Assembly: GCF_032444005.1 (NCBI RefSeq)
Contig: NC_091287.1
Coordinates: 418,066,001-418,130,000, forward strand
Reading direction: 5' to 3'
Origin: Ranitomeya imitator
Taxonomy: Eukaryota
DNA: 64,000 nucleotides
How positions within the stretch are numbered: position 1 is the stretch's first letter; every line of letters begins with the position of its first letter. The position numbers and the translations under genes were made by a program. A model generated the notes under the pieces. It saw only the letters and a list, made by a program, of their open reading frames with translations. It was not told where the DNA came from and did not search any database. Below are positions 35,301-49,492 of this stretch, one piece after another.

Positions 35301-38300
35301 CCAGCATTCAGTGTATGCACTTTTATTAGAAGATTGTATTCGTGAAGTTAAGGCCTTAAGAAAACAAAACCCTTCAGCATTGCTTGGAAGTTCGTTACGG
35401 AGTATCTGACACAACCTGTACGTGAGTACTGTACATTGTTATTGCGTTGTCTCATTTTCTCAATTCCCAAAGGTTTTATTTTCATTTTTTATGATGGCTC
35501 CAATTGGAAACATTCCAATTATTAAAAAAAATATTATTCCGATTATTAAGATCAAGTGTGTCCAAACATGCACAGTGCTTACATGTTCTTCTCTATTGAG
35601 CTTGTAAACCCTGCACTGGAGCATCCTCATCCTGGCCATCGTCCGTGCCACTAATAGAATCATAATACTCTCCACCAATGCTGCCATGTGCAGAGGCAAA
35701 GGTTACCATAAGAGGCAAATCATAGAGCGTGCACCGTTCTAGCCAACTGTCCAACGTTGGTCTGAACGTCTGTCAAGCATGAGGTTGTGAGGAGTGTACT
35801 CCTAAAAAGCAATCATGGGATAAAACCTTTGGGTGGTCTGTTATGTCCCACATTAACTTTATAGTCTCCTCCTGTGGTCAAACACCTTAACAACCACATT
35901 TCTTCCTGACCACCCCATGAACATAAATGCTCTGTTTAGCGGAGTGTGTGAGTGTTTTCAGTAGGAAGAGGGGGAAATAACAGCTGCCAGGCCCCATGCG
36001 TCTATATGTTTTTATTTTTTAATTTGCATTCGAGAAAAATAAGATCTGGAAAAATTGCAGCAAAAAAACAAATAAAACCTTTTGGTGTCCAATGAGACTT
36101 GACTTTATGGATTGGCTACTTTGTATCTCGCCACATGTGGGATTGGTCTGTATGGAGTTGAACGATTTTCTTTGATGGCTAAAAGTTAAACCTGATTCTG
36201 TAATGCAGTTAATAGCAGAGTTGTGCGCTCAGTGTACGGAGCCACAAATGGGACCTGTTTGTAAACGGTACACATCTGCTATCCATTTTCTCCTGTAACG
36301 CTCACATTTCTGCTTGTTCTCTGCAGCTTCATGGAAAAGAGTGAACAGGGACTGCTTATACAAAGGGTCCCTTCCTGCACATAAAATCCTCGTGTTTCCT
36401 TGACCATTAAATCTTAAAATGAGAACTGATACACAAATAAAACAGGAGGCCCTAAGGAGCGATTACTTGGCACCAATTACACATCTGCTTGAGGAGTCCC
36501 ATATTTCTTGTACTGAAAAGATGCACTGGGAGCAGGGTGTAAATCGTGCTGCACAAAGTAAATATTGGCTGCTTAATCACACCAGAGATATGCTGGAGTT
36601 TCTCATTTTCGCCTACAAACTTCCTCTTCTATTGCTCCTTCAATGAAGGATGTAAGGATGCAATGCCTACATGCTACGTTTTGGACCTTAGTTAAATATT
36701 CTACTTTTCTGATGGGTTAATTCTTCAACCCAGATCCAAGTTATGGGTTGCCACTGCACAAAAATGAGATGTAATCATATCTTAACCAACCAATCTCCGC
36801 CATAATTTATGTCCTGTATTCTATATTTTATCTATTTCTTTACTGTTGTAAAGATGACAGACTCTACTACCAGCTATGGAACTAGAAAGTATGAGCTAGG
36901 TCCATATTCCTATTAAATATGGATGTTCTAATTCTCAACCAATATTTTTGTGCTTGTCTTACGATGTGAATATTTACTTTGACCACCATTGTTGAGGCAC
37001 CATGGGGAGAAAATCTTCATTATTATAACAATTAAATGGTCTCTCTGGTACTACAAATCCTTAACTTACCGTCATGGATATGATTTTGTATATTGGTTTA
37101 AAACAAATATATCCTCAGATCAAAATGGCAACTTTTTTTATTTTCCCTTCACAGAATTTTATGTTTTCTTTATTGATACTTTTATCTGTCTTCTAGTGTA
37201 TTATGCAGCTGATGCATCCCAATAATAGAATACTTGTGATTTTTTTAGGGGTTCTTAGTTTTTACCATCCACCTGACTACCTTGTTTTCAGAGAATGTAT
37301 GCCCCTCTACCCCCATTATTTACTGCCCAACCCTGAGATCATTGCTTTCTTTGTTGTTCAAAACTTCCCTTCCCCCAGTGCAATTATTTTCTTTTGTTAG
37401 TCTCTCCTTCTGTCTCCTGTGTCTTTATCAATGTGTGTGCTGGTGTACCAAGGTGCACAATTATGTAATGCGTCTCTGTCACTGGCCAGTCTGAGCAGAT
37501 GAGATGCAGAAAAAGCAAATCTGTGCCCCTTATACCTAGAATAACATTAAAACATATGGAAATTATCGACAGGCCTTTTTGTTACAGTATCCATTGTCAT
37601 ATGTTCTTTTTAAATCTCAAGTTTTGCTGTGTAATAAAGCCACTTTGCGTACTCGTACATATTGAATAAGGTTGGCGATTTAACCACGATCGTCTGGTGA
37701 ACGATTGTTACTATGGTGTTGCCATACACCTTTTAGTCCATGTTGGCCACTGGATTTCTTTTATCTGGTCATACATGTTCAAATACATTGGGCCTAAAAC
37801 AATTATATTTCTTGGATTAATTTTTTGATTGTTCATAGAGTAGCAACTATTAAAAAAAAAAATAAATAATAATAATAATAAAAAATTCCCGCTGAAGTTC
37901 TGTCATTGGATAAGGAACAATATAATATGTTGTTAGATTGAAAAAGCCAATTCCAACCAAAATTATTGCTTAATAAACTATAAACTAGCTTTTATGGTCT
38001 CCATTAGTGATGCAACCACTTGACCAACTCCACAACCATATTTCATGATCCTTTTCATGAACCATCACTTACCGCCAGGGGTGGACATACACTGGTGAAC
38101 CCTTTGCAGCTAAACAAGATCCCATGAGGTAAGGAGGCCCATTTCCACCTCTAAAACAGGGAATAGTGTGCATTATGATGAGCTATTGGACTGCACAGGG
38201 CCCATATATTGTTTTTGCCCAGAGGCCCTTATCTTTGTGTCAACCAGTGCTTAGCACCTCCACTAGTTTGTCACAAACACCACTTTCTTGCGACACATGT

Positions 38301-41097
38301 GACTCAGATGCTACTGTAATGGGTGACTCTGCTTCCCACACTCGCTTGTCTACTCACCTATCGCAATAAATTGACATTGAGTTAAGCGCACCCCGCAGCC
38401 TGTTCTTACATTCACACCACACTTTTTACTGCCACCACTCATTGTCTTGATAGGCCAGTGAAATGCCTAAATTGGGTCACACACTAGGACACATGCCACC
38501 CAGCTTTCTCGAGCACTTGAAGGTGCTCTTCTTGCACACTGACATCCACAGGGTAACAAAACCAAGCCATTTATCCCGTAGTGTCAAGGGACTGAGGGCA
38601 CCTATCCAATCCCTTGTGCTAGGGGCGCCCTAGTCTATCTTTGTCCCCTGAATTACTCCTCAAGGTGGAGACGCCGGTTTCTCATACCTAATATGCGCTC
38701 CTAACTTAGTCCTTATCTGATCCCTCCTGCACCCAGGGGAGGGGAGGGCTGAAGTCTATAGGAAAACACTAACCAGATCGACAGGGTTAACAAACGGGGA
38801 TAAAAGAAAACTACAATCATGCAAATACACTCACAAAGCAAAGTGGGAAACTGGAGCAGTAGGAAGTAAGAAACTAAATGTGAAAGGATAAGGAAAAAAA
38901 CGCAAACCAACTCATGCAGCAATTTCCAGAAAAACTCTCCAAAAGCCAATTCCAAACACTGAACTTTCTCCTTCATCACCAAAGCAGGAAGTAGAACTAT
39001 AATTGACAACTCCGAAGTGCCAGAGGGGAGTGGACAACACTGAACAGCTGAGACAATTCAGGATGGAGAGCACCAGGAGAGCATTGCCATGACAGCAAGG
39101 AAACCTGCACGGTTTTATAGGATGGTGAAACTGTTCTAATAAGTACAGTAGTTCGTGTAACCAGACTCCGTAATCGTCTTACCCCACTCTGTTGCAGAAT
39201 TAGATCTGCAATACTCGTTGTTTCTGTTGGGGTCTGACAATGATTTTCCTTGGATGATATGTTATAAAGAGTATATGATCCTCTGTACAGATATGAGATT
39301 CAGGACTCCTATTGTCCAAAATGATGTTATCCAAACAAATTTTTTTCGCAGGTATATAATCCTTAATACAGACATGAGATTCAACGTTTCGGCTAACCAG
39401 CCTTTATCAAGAAATGTCTGTGGCTGAAACATATGTAAGAACAACAAGTATATGAAAAAAACACATAATAAGGAACCAATAAGAAAAAGAGAAAAAAGGG
39501 GGGATGAAAAAGGAGGAGTTCACAGAGACATCATAGGGTAATTCCTCGTGCTCAATAAGAAAAACTCATCATGCTATTTTGACATATAATGTGTGGAACT
39601 ATAAGTTATGAAACCCGTATAATGGGTATAACCCTAGACAAAATCCTATAAAGAGAAGCAACCTTGGTGTCACCTATGAGAACCAGAACAACAGTGGAAA
39701 ATCCATCTCCACCCGTGACTGTTAAAAATCATAATGGATATAGTAGGTGTCCGGCATAATATCCATCACCCGACATATGAAAATGAAAAGTAGGCTTATA
39801 TTTTACTTGGAGAAATTCCTCAAAGGGAAATTGTTAAACAGCGCTGTAGGTATAGAGAAAAATATATTATACAACTCCATGGCAAAAAAGGAAGAAAACC
39901 GAGGATGTCTGGTGTCTGCCATAGTTTTCCATTTGAGAAGCAATATGGCCATCATCTGACCAAACCTCCTTCAGGCAGTATACATACCACACATGAATAG
40001 AATATATCCATAATTCAGGGACATATTGCATTCCTGTGGGTTGCCAGCTAACAAATCTTTTGCAATTTTATCCACAGATGCGAATATATCCCCTTATCAT
40101 GGATATTTTCATGGATTGTGTCGAACTCGTATTTTATTGCTATGGCATGGAAAATATTGTACTTCCATTGTCATGTGAGGCCTCTGATATGGAGCCATGT
40201 CATCTGCCTTTACGGCAGTATTCTTCACCTTGCATTGCTTAGCGCCTCTTTAGTAATGAGGATGTACACAGTGAAAGTTTGCCCTTTCAACAACTGGTAG
40301 CAAATTATTAATTACTTTGTACACACACCCCATGTCTGCTGTCCATCAGATAACCTGCTTCAATTACCTATTCACAGTGGGGGGGGGGGGGGGGGGTGCA
40401 GGCAGTGATCCATTTATGACATTCCAGATTTTGGCATTTGAGAATGTTTACACATTGAGAAAGATGTATTAATGCCAAGGAAAAGTAAAAATCCTCCACT
40501 CCCGTTTTCTCCCAAAAGCCCTTTTTTAATCAAAGCTGCAATGTGAATAATTCGTGTAGCCAACTGATTGACTTTCTCTTGTTATAATTTTTTCAAAATT
40601 TAGCCTAGTTTGCATTTTTAACATGCCAAAATAATTGGGTCACAAAAGTTTACATGTTTGGAAAATATGAACTATACTGTATCTGCAGTGTAAACACCTG
40701 TAGTTTGCAGCCTATTTGTTTAGAATTTGTTTAGGTAAGTCTCTGTTGGTATTCCCTATTCTGCGTTTAGAGTAGAAGAACTTAACTGTACTTCTAAAGG
40801 CATCACTATGTGTTGTGTCCTGATAATAACCTTTATTTATATGGTGCCAAAATAAGCTTCTATTAAATAAAACAAATGGGTGGACCCCGCCCATAAGTGC
40901 TTAAAATTTACAATAAAGTAAGGGTAACAACACAGATATTCCCAGGACAGCCTGCTATTTTTAGCATCTTTGCCAATAAAAATATAAACTCCACTTTTTT
41001 CAAATGTGAGGGCTAAAAATTACTTAGACGTCAGTTTTTTTGCATACGAGTTCGAACTGTGGTTTTCACGGATAGAACTCGCTCTTATTATAGTCTA

Positions 41098-42177
41098 CTA
41101 GATGGTGGCCCGATTCTAACGCATCGGGAATTCTAGAATATGTATGTAGTTTAGTTATGAAGTTTTAAGAATAAATAAACTTATACACAGGATTCGGCCG
41201 GCCGCGACCAATTAGCGAAGCGTGGTTCAAATTCTGCGCCAATTCGCGGGTGGACTACACGTGTCGCTGATTGGTCACGCTTGGCCGTGAACAATCAGTG
41301 AAGCCAGGGACGGCTCCAGGTTTTTGAGGGCCCGGGTGAAAGAGTCTCAGTGGGCCCCCCTCTTTAACACATACCACGATTCATGATGCACAGATACAGC
41401 ATAGAAATATAGCACAGCCAAGTAGCGTATAACACAGCCCACATAGTATATAGCCCAGCCACGTAGTTTATAGCCCAGCCACGTAGTATATTGCCCAGCC
41501 ACGTAGTATATAGCACAGCCCACATAGTATATAGCACAGAGATGTAGTATATAACACAGCCCGTGTAGTACCTAACACTGCCCACGTAGTATATAGCAAT
41601 GTGGGCACTATATCACGGTAAAAAAAAAAAAAAAAAGTTACCGGTGCTCCTCACGACGCTCCGGTCCCAAGAGTGCATTGCGGTCTCGCAAGATGATGAT
41701 GTAGCGGTCTCGCGAGACCGCTACATCATCATCTCTCGAGACCGCAATGCATTGACCGGTCACCGGAGCGTCGCGAGGAGCGGGAAAGGACTGGGATGGA
41801 TCCGGGGGGCCGACAGAGGGTGAGTATATAATGATTTTTTATTTTTAGCATTAGATCTTTTTACTATTGATGCTGCATAGGCAGCATCAATAGTAAAAAG
41901 TTGGTCACACAGGGTTAATAGCAGCGTTAACGGAGTGCGTTACACCGCGGCATAACGCGGTCTGTTAACACTGCCATTAACCCTGTGTGAGCGCTGACTG
42001 GAGGGGAGTGTGGAGCTGGCACTGACTGCAGGGGAGTAGGGAGTGGCCATTTCGCCGCCGGACTGTGCCCGTCGCTGATTGGTCGTGGCCGTTTTGCCTC
42101 GACCAGTCAGCGACTTGGGATTTCCATGACAGACAGACAGAAAGATGGAAGTGACCCTTCGACAATTATATAGTAGA
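41098..42177 (-). mobile_element. Non-autonomous Helitron
   Basis: On the minus strand: A|TCTACTATATAA 5' end, CTAG|T 3' end, and a subterminal hairpin CCCGAT-8nt-ATCGGG (41109-41128). No TSD. Contains an internal minisatellite (~41400-41600). Confidence 0.82.
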
Positions 42178-43029
42178 TAGGACTGTTCATGTACTGAGCG
42201 ATGCACGCAAAATCACAGACATGTCTGATTTAGATTGGAGTCTTGAATCAATCTCGCCAAATCAAGTCTATAGGTCTGTGAAAAAAATGGGACAGCACTC
42301 TGCCATCCATGTCCATTTTTCACAGACTGCTGAGAAATCTTTTTTAAATTTTTTTTCCATCTGAGAAAGACTGATGAAATTTTTATGGTAAATATTTACC
42401 AAATTCTGATGAAGCTCTGATGATAAAAAAAAAAAAAGGCTGCTGAAACAAACATGAACCTTTTTTTGCATGCGAGAAAAATCAATTATACCTGAAGGAA
42501 CCTTTAAAAGGTATTCCCATCTCCATGATCCTATCTCATTATATAGCGACTAATTTGGTATTTAACAGGAAGAAATGGAAGATTCTACATCTGGGCTAGA
42601 AAAATGAAAATCACACATACAGAATGTGAGGAATAGAACTGTCGTAGCTGTTTTTCGTTCTGACCCAAATGTCAGCTGACAGATCACCAGTGAGACCAAA
42701 TTGTGGAGTTACGCCCGTCATTTTACAAGCGCGCTTGGAGACAAAAAGACACCTCACACATATCCTGTGAGCAAGTCACTTTTATCTGATCTATAAAAAG
42801 CCAAAGCAATGTTTTATACCATTTACACATTATGCATTTCAATGTAACTCATGTAGCCCCCACCATCACCCAGGGTCATACTGACCTTTATTCTCTCACG
42901 TACCCGGAGCATGTTGTGACTGACTATTGGGAACATACATGATAAGAAGTGTGGTCTCCTTGAAGCGGAGACACTAAGACTACTGCATCAACAGATTCTA
43001 GTAATTCTAACAATTAAAGGCAAGAGGCA

Positions 43030-43712
43030 CTTAAAGGCAAACTATTAACCCTTCTATATCAGAACTAAGCAACTGCATGCGTGAAAAAGACTTGGGCATA
43101 CTGAAAGATCACAGACTGCACATGAGCCAACAGTGTGATGCAGCAGCAAAAAAAGGCAAACACATTTCTAGGATGTATTAAGAGAAGCATAGCATCTAGA
43201 TCACGTGAAGTAATTATCCCCTTCTACTCCTCATTGTTCAGACCTCATCTGGAATACTGTGTCCAGTTCTGTGCACCACATTTTAAAAAAGACATTGAAA
43301 AACTGAAGCAAGTTCAGAGAAGAGCTACCAGGATGGCGAGAATACTGCAAAGTATGTCCTATGAGGAATGGTTAAAGGATCTGGGAATGTTTAGCTGTCT
43401 ACAAATATTTGAATGGATGACAGTGTAGAGGGATCATCCTTATTGTCATTTGCACTAGAAACACCAAAAGCAATTGAATTAAACTGAAAGGGAGAAGATA
43501 CAGATAAGGTATTAGAAAAAACGTTTTGACTGTGAGGGTGATCAATAAAAGGAACAGGCTGCCATGAGTGGTGGTGAGTTCTCCTACAATGGAAGTCTTC
43601 AAAGAGAGGCTTGACAGACATCAGTCTGAGATGGTTTAGTGAATCCTGCGTTGAAAGGGGGTTGGACATGATGACCTTGGAGGTCCCTTCCAACTCTAAC
43701 ATTCTATGATAC
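43030..43712 (+). mobile_element. Decayed CR1 LINE 3' fragment
   Basis: Remnant [34 protein letters not shown], with frameshifts. Ends in the CR1-type 3' terminus GGTCCCTTCCAACTCTAACATTCTATGAT. Confidence 0.85.
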
Positions 43713-46700
43713 TAATAATAATAGTAGCAAATACCTCCATTTAGAAATGTATATTTCTTCTGATAAGCTATGTCACTTACCCCATGTGCAGGGCATTGTA
43801 GTAACTTGGGTATCCATGGTTACGACCACTCATTGATAGATAGTTGTTGGTGGCAGAGTCGTTTGCTAGTTCAGCTCAAAGGGCAGAGGAGGTTGAAACA
43901 TCTGAGTGAGTTCCTAACCAGGTAACCCTAATTACAACTATGTGGTCGCATCCTAATTGTGGGTGTAGGGGAACCTCAGGAGATGACCGGGCTGTTACTG
44001 AAAATAAATCTCTACACAAAGATCAACACTGATATCACCATACAGTGGTAGATATCAGTCCAGCAGAACATACAGGAGACTATATCAGTTATAGATGGTG
44101 ACTTACAGCTATTAATTTATTCTTCCAGCTCCGTACTTCTTAACTAATAATACATAGGAGACCTTCTTTTGGGTCACAATGGCCATTTTATTAACAAACA
44201 AGAACAATAATCAAATTCAAATTACTGAAATTGGGGGAGGTCCATGAAGCTATATGATCTATGACATGTAAAACAGTGTTTCCCAGAATTATTTTACCCT
44301 CATCCAATAACCTCCAGCTCAAGGGCGCCACCCATCATCCGTGGTAAAACACCACCACTGGTTCCCGTGCTATTCCCCCATCCAGACCCCCACTAAGTGC
44401 CAGATCAGCTGATCATTATTCCATCCTGAAGAGAACCATCCATGTAAATTCCCCTCCCTAGCAAATTCCACCAACTCCAAGGAAGCCCCCCCCCCCACCG
44501 CCTCGGTCACCGCGACCCACAGTAACCAAAAATTCTCTGTTACCTAATGAACCACACAGTAATGTGTGTATGTATGTGTGTATACATGTATGTGTATATA
44601 TAATATTTATTTTTAATCACCAGATTGCCAACATGCCATGACAAATGAGGGTAGGCGGGTGGGACTCTTGTCTCTGAATCATCTAAATTGCCCTCTTTCC
44701 CTCACTTTTTCTTTATTTACTCCTATATTCCCTCTTGTACTGCCCCCTTTCTCCCCTACTGACACAATCCCATAACCTCCGATCATTACATTTTACCCCT
44801 GACCTAATCACTGTCCTGTCGTGGGGGCCGCTATCAAGTTCAGATCCAGCCCATTCTACTCTGTCGGATTTTGTATCAGTTTCACAAAAGCATTTAGCTG
44901 CATAATGAACTTATAAACACTCTGTGGCAGCAAAATGGGAAAGAAATACTGAAGAACATTTAGATAGTTGCTTAACTTTCCATTTAGGATGCAAATCAAC
45001 ACACTAAAAAAGTATTTATGAAGACGTACATAGCCTTTAGGTCAATACAACCAATAAATTCATAGTAAACCTGATAAGTGTTTGGTGTATCAATGTGTGG
45101 CCAAGTACTTTTGTTACATGCAACGTATGTATGTACATATATATGCTATGGTCCATCCTAGTGATTCCATACAGTATCTTGGTGGAAAGTTCCGAGATTG
45201 GTAGAGCACATCAAGATGTAACATTGAGTACATTGCTTTTGCTAATGCTTTTATAATGTATCATTCATGCTATATAATACTATATAATAAGGACTCTGTA
45301 ATAGCAGGATTATTATGTAATGCACTGGATTAATTGCACATGAAAACATGTTATTACCAGGACAGATTAAACACCCATCAAGCTACTACATTCCCTTGGA
45401 AGTAAAAACAGAAGATTTGGGTTATTTTGCTAATACTTCAATCTGATAAAAATCCATCCCGAATAGAGACCAGCAGGGCATTCTGCAAAGGCGTTCAGGA
45501 TTTATGAGGCCAAGGAATTATGTTTGGATTAAATATGTGCGAGGGGTTGACTCACTGAGCTGCTTCACCAGGTAGTCACAACAACTGGACTGGTGGTAGT
45601 TCACCTAGTTTATTATAGACAGTATAAACTTCAGCAGGGTTCAGGAATAATGCTAAAATAATACAAAAGGTAAAGTTTAAACAGTCCTTGCCCTGCAGGC
45701 AACACACAGCCTCCTTAGCTCCTCTGGGTGCTACATGGGAGTTCACTGACTTTCATGGCCAGGTATTTAACACCCCATGTGCTGATCACATGACCCTGAC
45801 ATCATACAGGTTCTGTCAAGACTCTGCAGATGGGGATATGGTGGACCTCCTCCTACCCGCTTTATAAAGGCCCACTAAAACCAGCCCATAATACAATTTA
45901 ACCCTCTCAACATATAGCTTGCTGGAGGAAAGTATTCTAGGTTCACATCACTGAAGCTGCTATGCGCAGTGACACATATCTCCCTTCATACACTGTGCCA
46001 GTGACCCTGTCACATATGGTATTCTGTGGAACAAGATGCCTATGTATCCACTAATAAATCCGAATGTCATGTGTAGCTATTGATTCTCCTGATTCATTTT
46101 GCTACTTCTAGTATTGTGCTTGCACTGCACCCTGCAGAAACAATGTATTTGTGCAGTCTTCATCTGTATTTGCCTTAAACAATTAAAATAGAAGACACCC
46201 CTCCACACTACCTAAAAAAGCTTGTTTAGCGCTTTTTTTTCTCATTTAAAACGGTGTGCCGTGGACGGCACATGTGTAGATTGAGATCACGGCTCAATGT
46301 TTTAGAGACCACTACGCTCGCAGTGCTCACAGCACTACTTTATCCTGGACCAGCCAGTAAATCAGTCTGCGTCCGCGGCATTGCCAAGGACAGATTTCAA
46401 TCAGGAGGTGGGTAAATGAAAAATAAGTGACCAATCACTCAACTACCAGAGGCTAGCAGAGGGTTCGGGGCAGGAGAAGACCCAGTGGACAGTCTTGGCC
46501 TTGTGCACCTTACTGTATATCTCCTTAAAAGAAAACTTCAAGTGCTAATTAAAAAGGAATAACACAGCGGATTTCTTCACCAAATCTATCAATTTAATCT
46601 GTATAACAGCACCATTATGACCATTTCTTTACTGTATATTGCAAAATTGAGCTGACCGGTTCTCTTTAATTCATATCTTTGACATGCTTTTATGCATATC

Positions 46701-49276
46701 AGAATGGCTCTTACTGCTCTTTCGAATAGATTGTTCTCATACCTGAAATTCTCTTTAAAAACAAAAATGTTGATAGATGATCTAAGCAGGACTGAATTTC
46801 TAACCTCCAGCACATTTTATTCCAACATCTGTGTTTGATTCCGATTCACCACTGCTGGAGATCTAGGACATCATTGTGTGACGTTGCACCATGATATGAG
46901 AAAAAGCCTTCTGCATTAGCACAGCCTGCCCTGGATAGAGGAATTAATGTTTAAATCAACGCCAACTCTAGAACATAACAGATGGCTCCTCCTAAGGCCT
47001 GCCTGCTCCCCCATCGAAGCCGTAGAATGCCAATATTCCTGTATTGTATGCTCCATGCGTTTGGCAGTAGTTCGGGATGGTGCTAGTGACCTAGCTTAGA
47101 GAACGAGTCTGCGGATGAGTCTCTTACATCAGAAGACACTGATAAATCTCTATTGACACGGTCAGACAATACAGGTCTTCACAAAGTTTCTGGAGCTCTT
47201 ACACATGTGTAACATTTGACCCAAACCTGTTAATGTTATTAGAGCGTATGGCTTATGCAGCATGATTTATCCAAGGTTCTGACACTGTCCGCGAAAAATG
47301 TAAAAAATTACTTTTTAAATATTGTGCTCGATCTCAACTGAGAGGTAACATCTGTTACAGAAAGCGCAACCTAGAAAGCAAATCAATGTCCCAATTCCTA
47401 AACTGAGTACTTAATGGTATGATGCTATATCCATAATATGTATATTAAATGGCCTATAGTTTAATATTCTGACTTGCCATAAATATCACTACGTCATTGC
47501 GGGCAGTTGGTAACTGGACTAACCATTAAAGTAATGAGAGGTTCCTCTGATGGGCCCCTAACCTTATTTGGGGTGCAAAAGAAGATGCAAAGAAATAAAA
47601 ACTAAAAAATGTTTTCATATGAAGAGTAGTTAAACATCATTTCCATCTAAATATTAAGTGCTCCACAGCTGTCGTCCTTCATCCAAGTTGTTAGAAGAAG
47701 AAAAGACTGTATAGAAGTTTTATGCTATAATAAAGGTTTGTGAGGGGGAATGCTACTGTAGCGGGGAAGGACCATGTACCAGAGAGTGGGGATCTATTCT
47801 CTATGCCCATCTCGGTCTCTGGCAACATTCTTGTGACTTCTTTGGTTAGTAAGACTTCCACTTTAGTTCACCCTTCTTAGAAAAGCATTTTTTCCCCTTT
47901 GCCTTGTTTCAATGAACATACTTTTTACAAGGAGTAAGAGGAAGAACATTCCTCCATAAAGTGAAGCCATTTGTATTGGCTCAGCTTTGAATTCTGCGAA
48001 ATTCATTAACAGAGGCCAAACATTTTTCTCTCAAATGGTAAAGTTAAAATCTCTCTGTGAATGTAAGGTTTATAAGTTTTGGGGGGTTTTGTTTTTGTTT
48101 TTTTCCCCTGAACAATATACTTTACGTATTGGCTATATGCCTGATGGTCTTTGGCCTTTTCTTTTAGCTCTATGGTTAATCTTTATGGCACAATGTGGGG
48201 CGGCCATTTTTAAGATGAGCTAGAGTTTAAAATTAGATCTACCAATGCTTTACCAACTATTAATAACACTTCAAAGAAATCCACTCTGTCTCCTATGTCT
48301 TGGTTATATTTTACTTTCTAATTGTACATTAGTTCCCTATGATTTGAGTTAAAGGGAATTTGTCTCCTAACTTGATAGCAACACAATGTAGACAGAAACC
48401 CTGATTCCAGCAATACTGGGCTGTTTAGTTTTGCTAAAATCACTGTTTTATTAGCAGGAGATTATCACTAGAGAACTAGTAAACCTGCTGCCAGGTAGTC
48501 AAACATATTCATGAGCTCTGTATTACCCCTTCACACCATTGACTGGCAGCTTTCTGTGTACACAGTGCATGGGCAGAGAGCTCTGCCACTATGACTGAAA
48601 GCCCCAGGCTGCCGGGAGGAATAAAGTTCATTTCCTCCTTGCAGTTGGACTTTCAGTTTGTTAACTGCACGGCTTCAGAACACTGTTCACAGCATTTGTT
48701 TACATGACGGATTCCCATTAATTTGAGTTTTATTCTCATTTATGAGAATATGGAGACATAGTCTAGTAATGCATGCATGTTTATCTCTTTGACTTTACAA
48801 AGATCTTGATCTTCCTATTCTTATCACCTTGTACTCATGAGTGGTGTTACCACTGTGACCTAGAATAAGAATAAATTATATCATACTGCAATTCTTTTGG
48901 CATGTGTGTAATTATCTTTCTATAATGAGTAGATACTCACAGACCTACAGCGAGCCAGAGCTGCCGCCAAAAATCTGCTATTCTATGAAGACCAGCCTTT
49001 GATCATCATGTTACACTGCTCTGCCGGATTCCCCCGTGTAAATGCCTTCTACAGCTTAGCACGTTAGCCAGTCTTTCTGCTTATGATACCTCTGAAATAG
49101 TGACTCAAACAGTTAGGTTTAGCGATTATTAGATTTTTTTTGTAGCTTTAGGCTATACAGAGTTTGTGCGTTGATGCTGATCATTTTTATTATTGTTGTT
49201 GTTATTATCATAATCAAAATCTCGTTTGTAAGGATAATTGCTTACTCTCCTCTCTTTTGATTTCTATTCTATTATG

Positions 49277-49492
49277 TATCGTTTCTCCTTATGGAGAGCC
49301 AAATCAGTTCTCATGCTTTGCACTGACGAGGGCCAACAGCCCGAAACACCGAGTCTGCGAATTGAGATACTGATTTGGCTTTTATCCTAAGTCATATTGC
49401 ACGACTCATTAAAGGGTTGATTGTTACTTGTAGGATCGCTACTTCCAACAGGTGGCGCTATAGAGTTTAAGTCCTCTTTTCCTCAATTTGCA
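49277..49492 (+). mobile_element. 216-bp hammerhead-carrying insertion (Penelope-like/retrozyme-like)
   Basis: Flanked by the 12-bp direct repeat TATTCTATTATG (49265-49276 and 49493-49504). Contains the ribozyme and no ORF. Confidence 0.6.
49297..49380 (+). ncRNA. Type I hammerhead ribozyme motif with extended stem I
   Basis: Stem I 5' TTTGCA (49317-22), core CTGACGA (49323-29), stem II GGGC-caaca-GCCC (49330-42), GAAA (49343-46), short stem III, GTC cleavage triplet (49353-55), stem I 3' TGCGAA (49356-61). Stem I is extended by TCTCA/TGAGA and AGCCAAATCAGT/ACTGATTTGGCT. Confidence 0.85.

Noticed and set aside
36320-36420. Strong splice-acceptor-like site (TTCTCTGCAG) as candidate MAPRE2 exon 2
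   Set aside because: The downstream sequence does not encode WGMAVNVYSTS and no fitting donor was found.
38580-39190. Possible LTR-like segments (also ~8845-9157 and ~45530-46020)
   Set aside because: I could not establish paired termini, TSD, PBS/PPT or internal coding sequence, so they are not called as separate elements.
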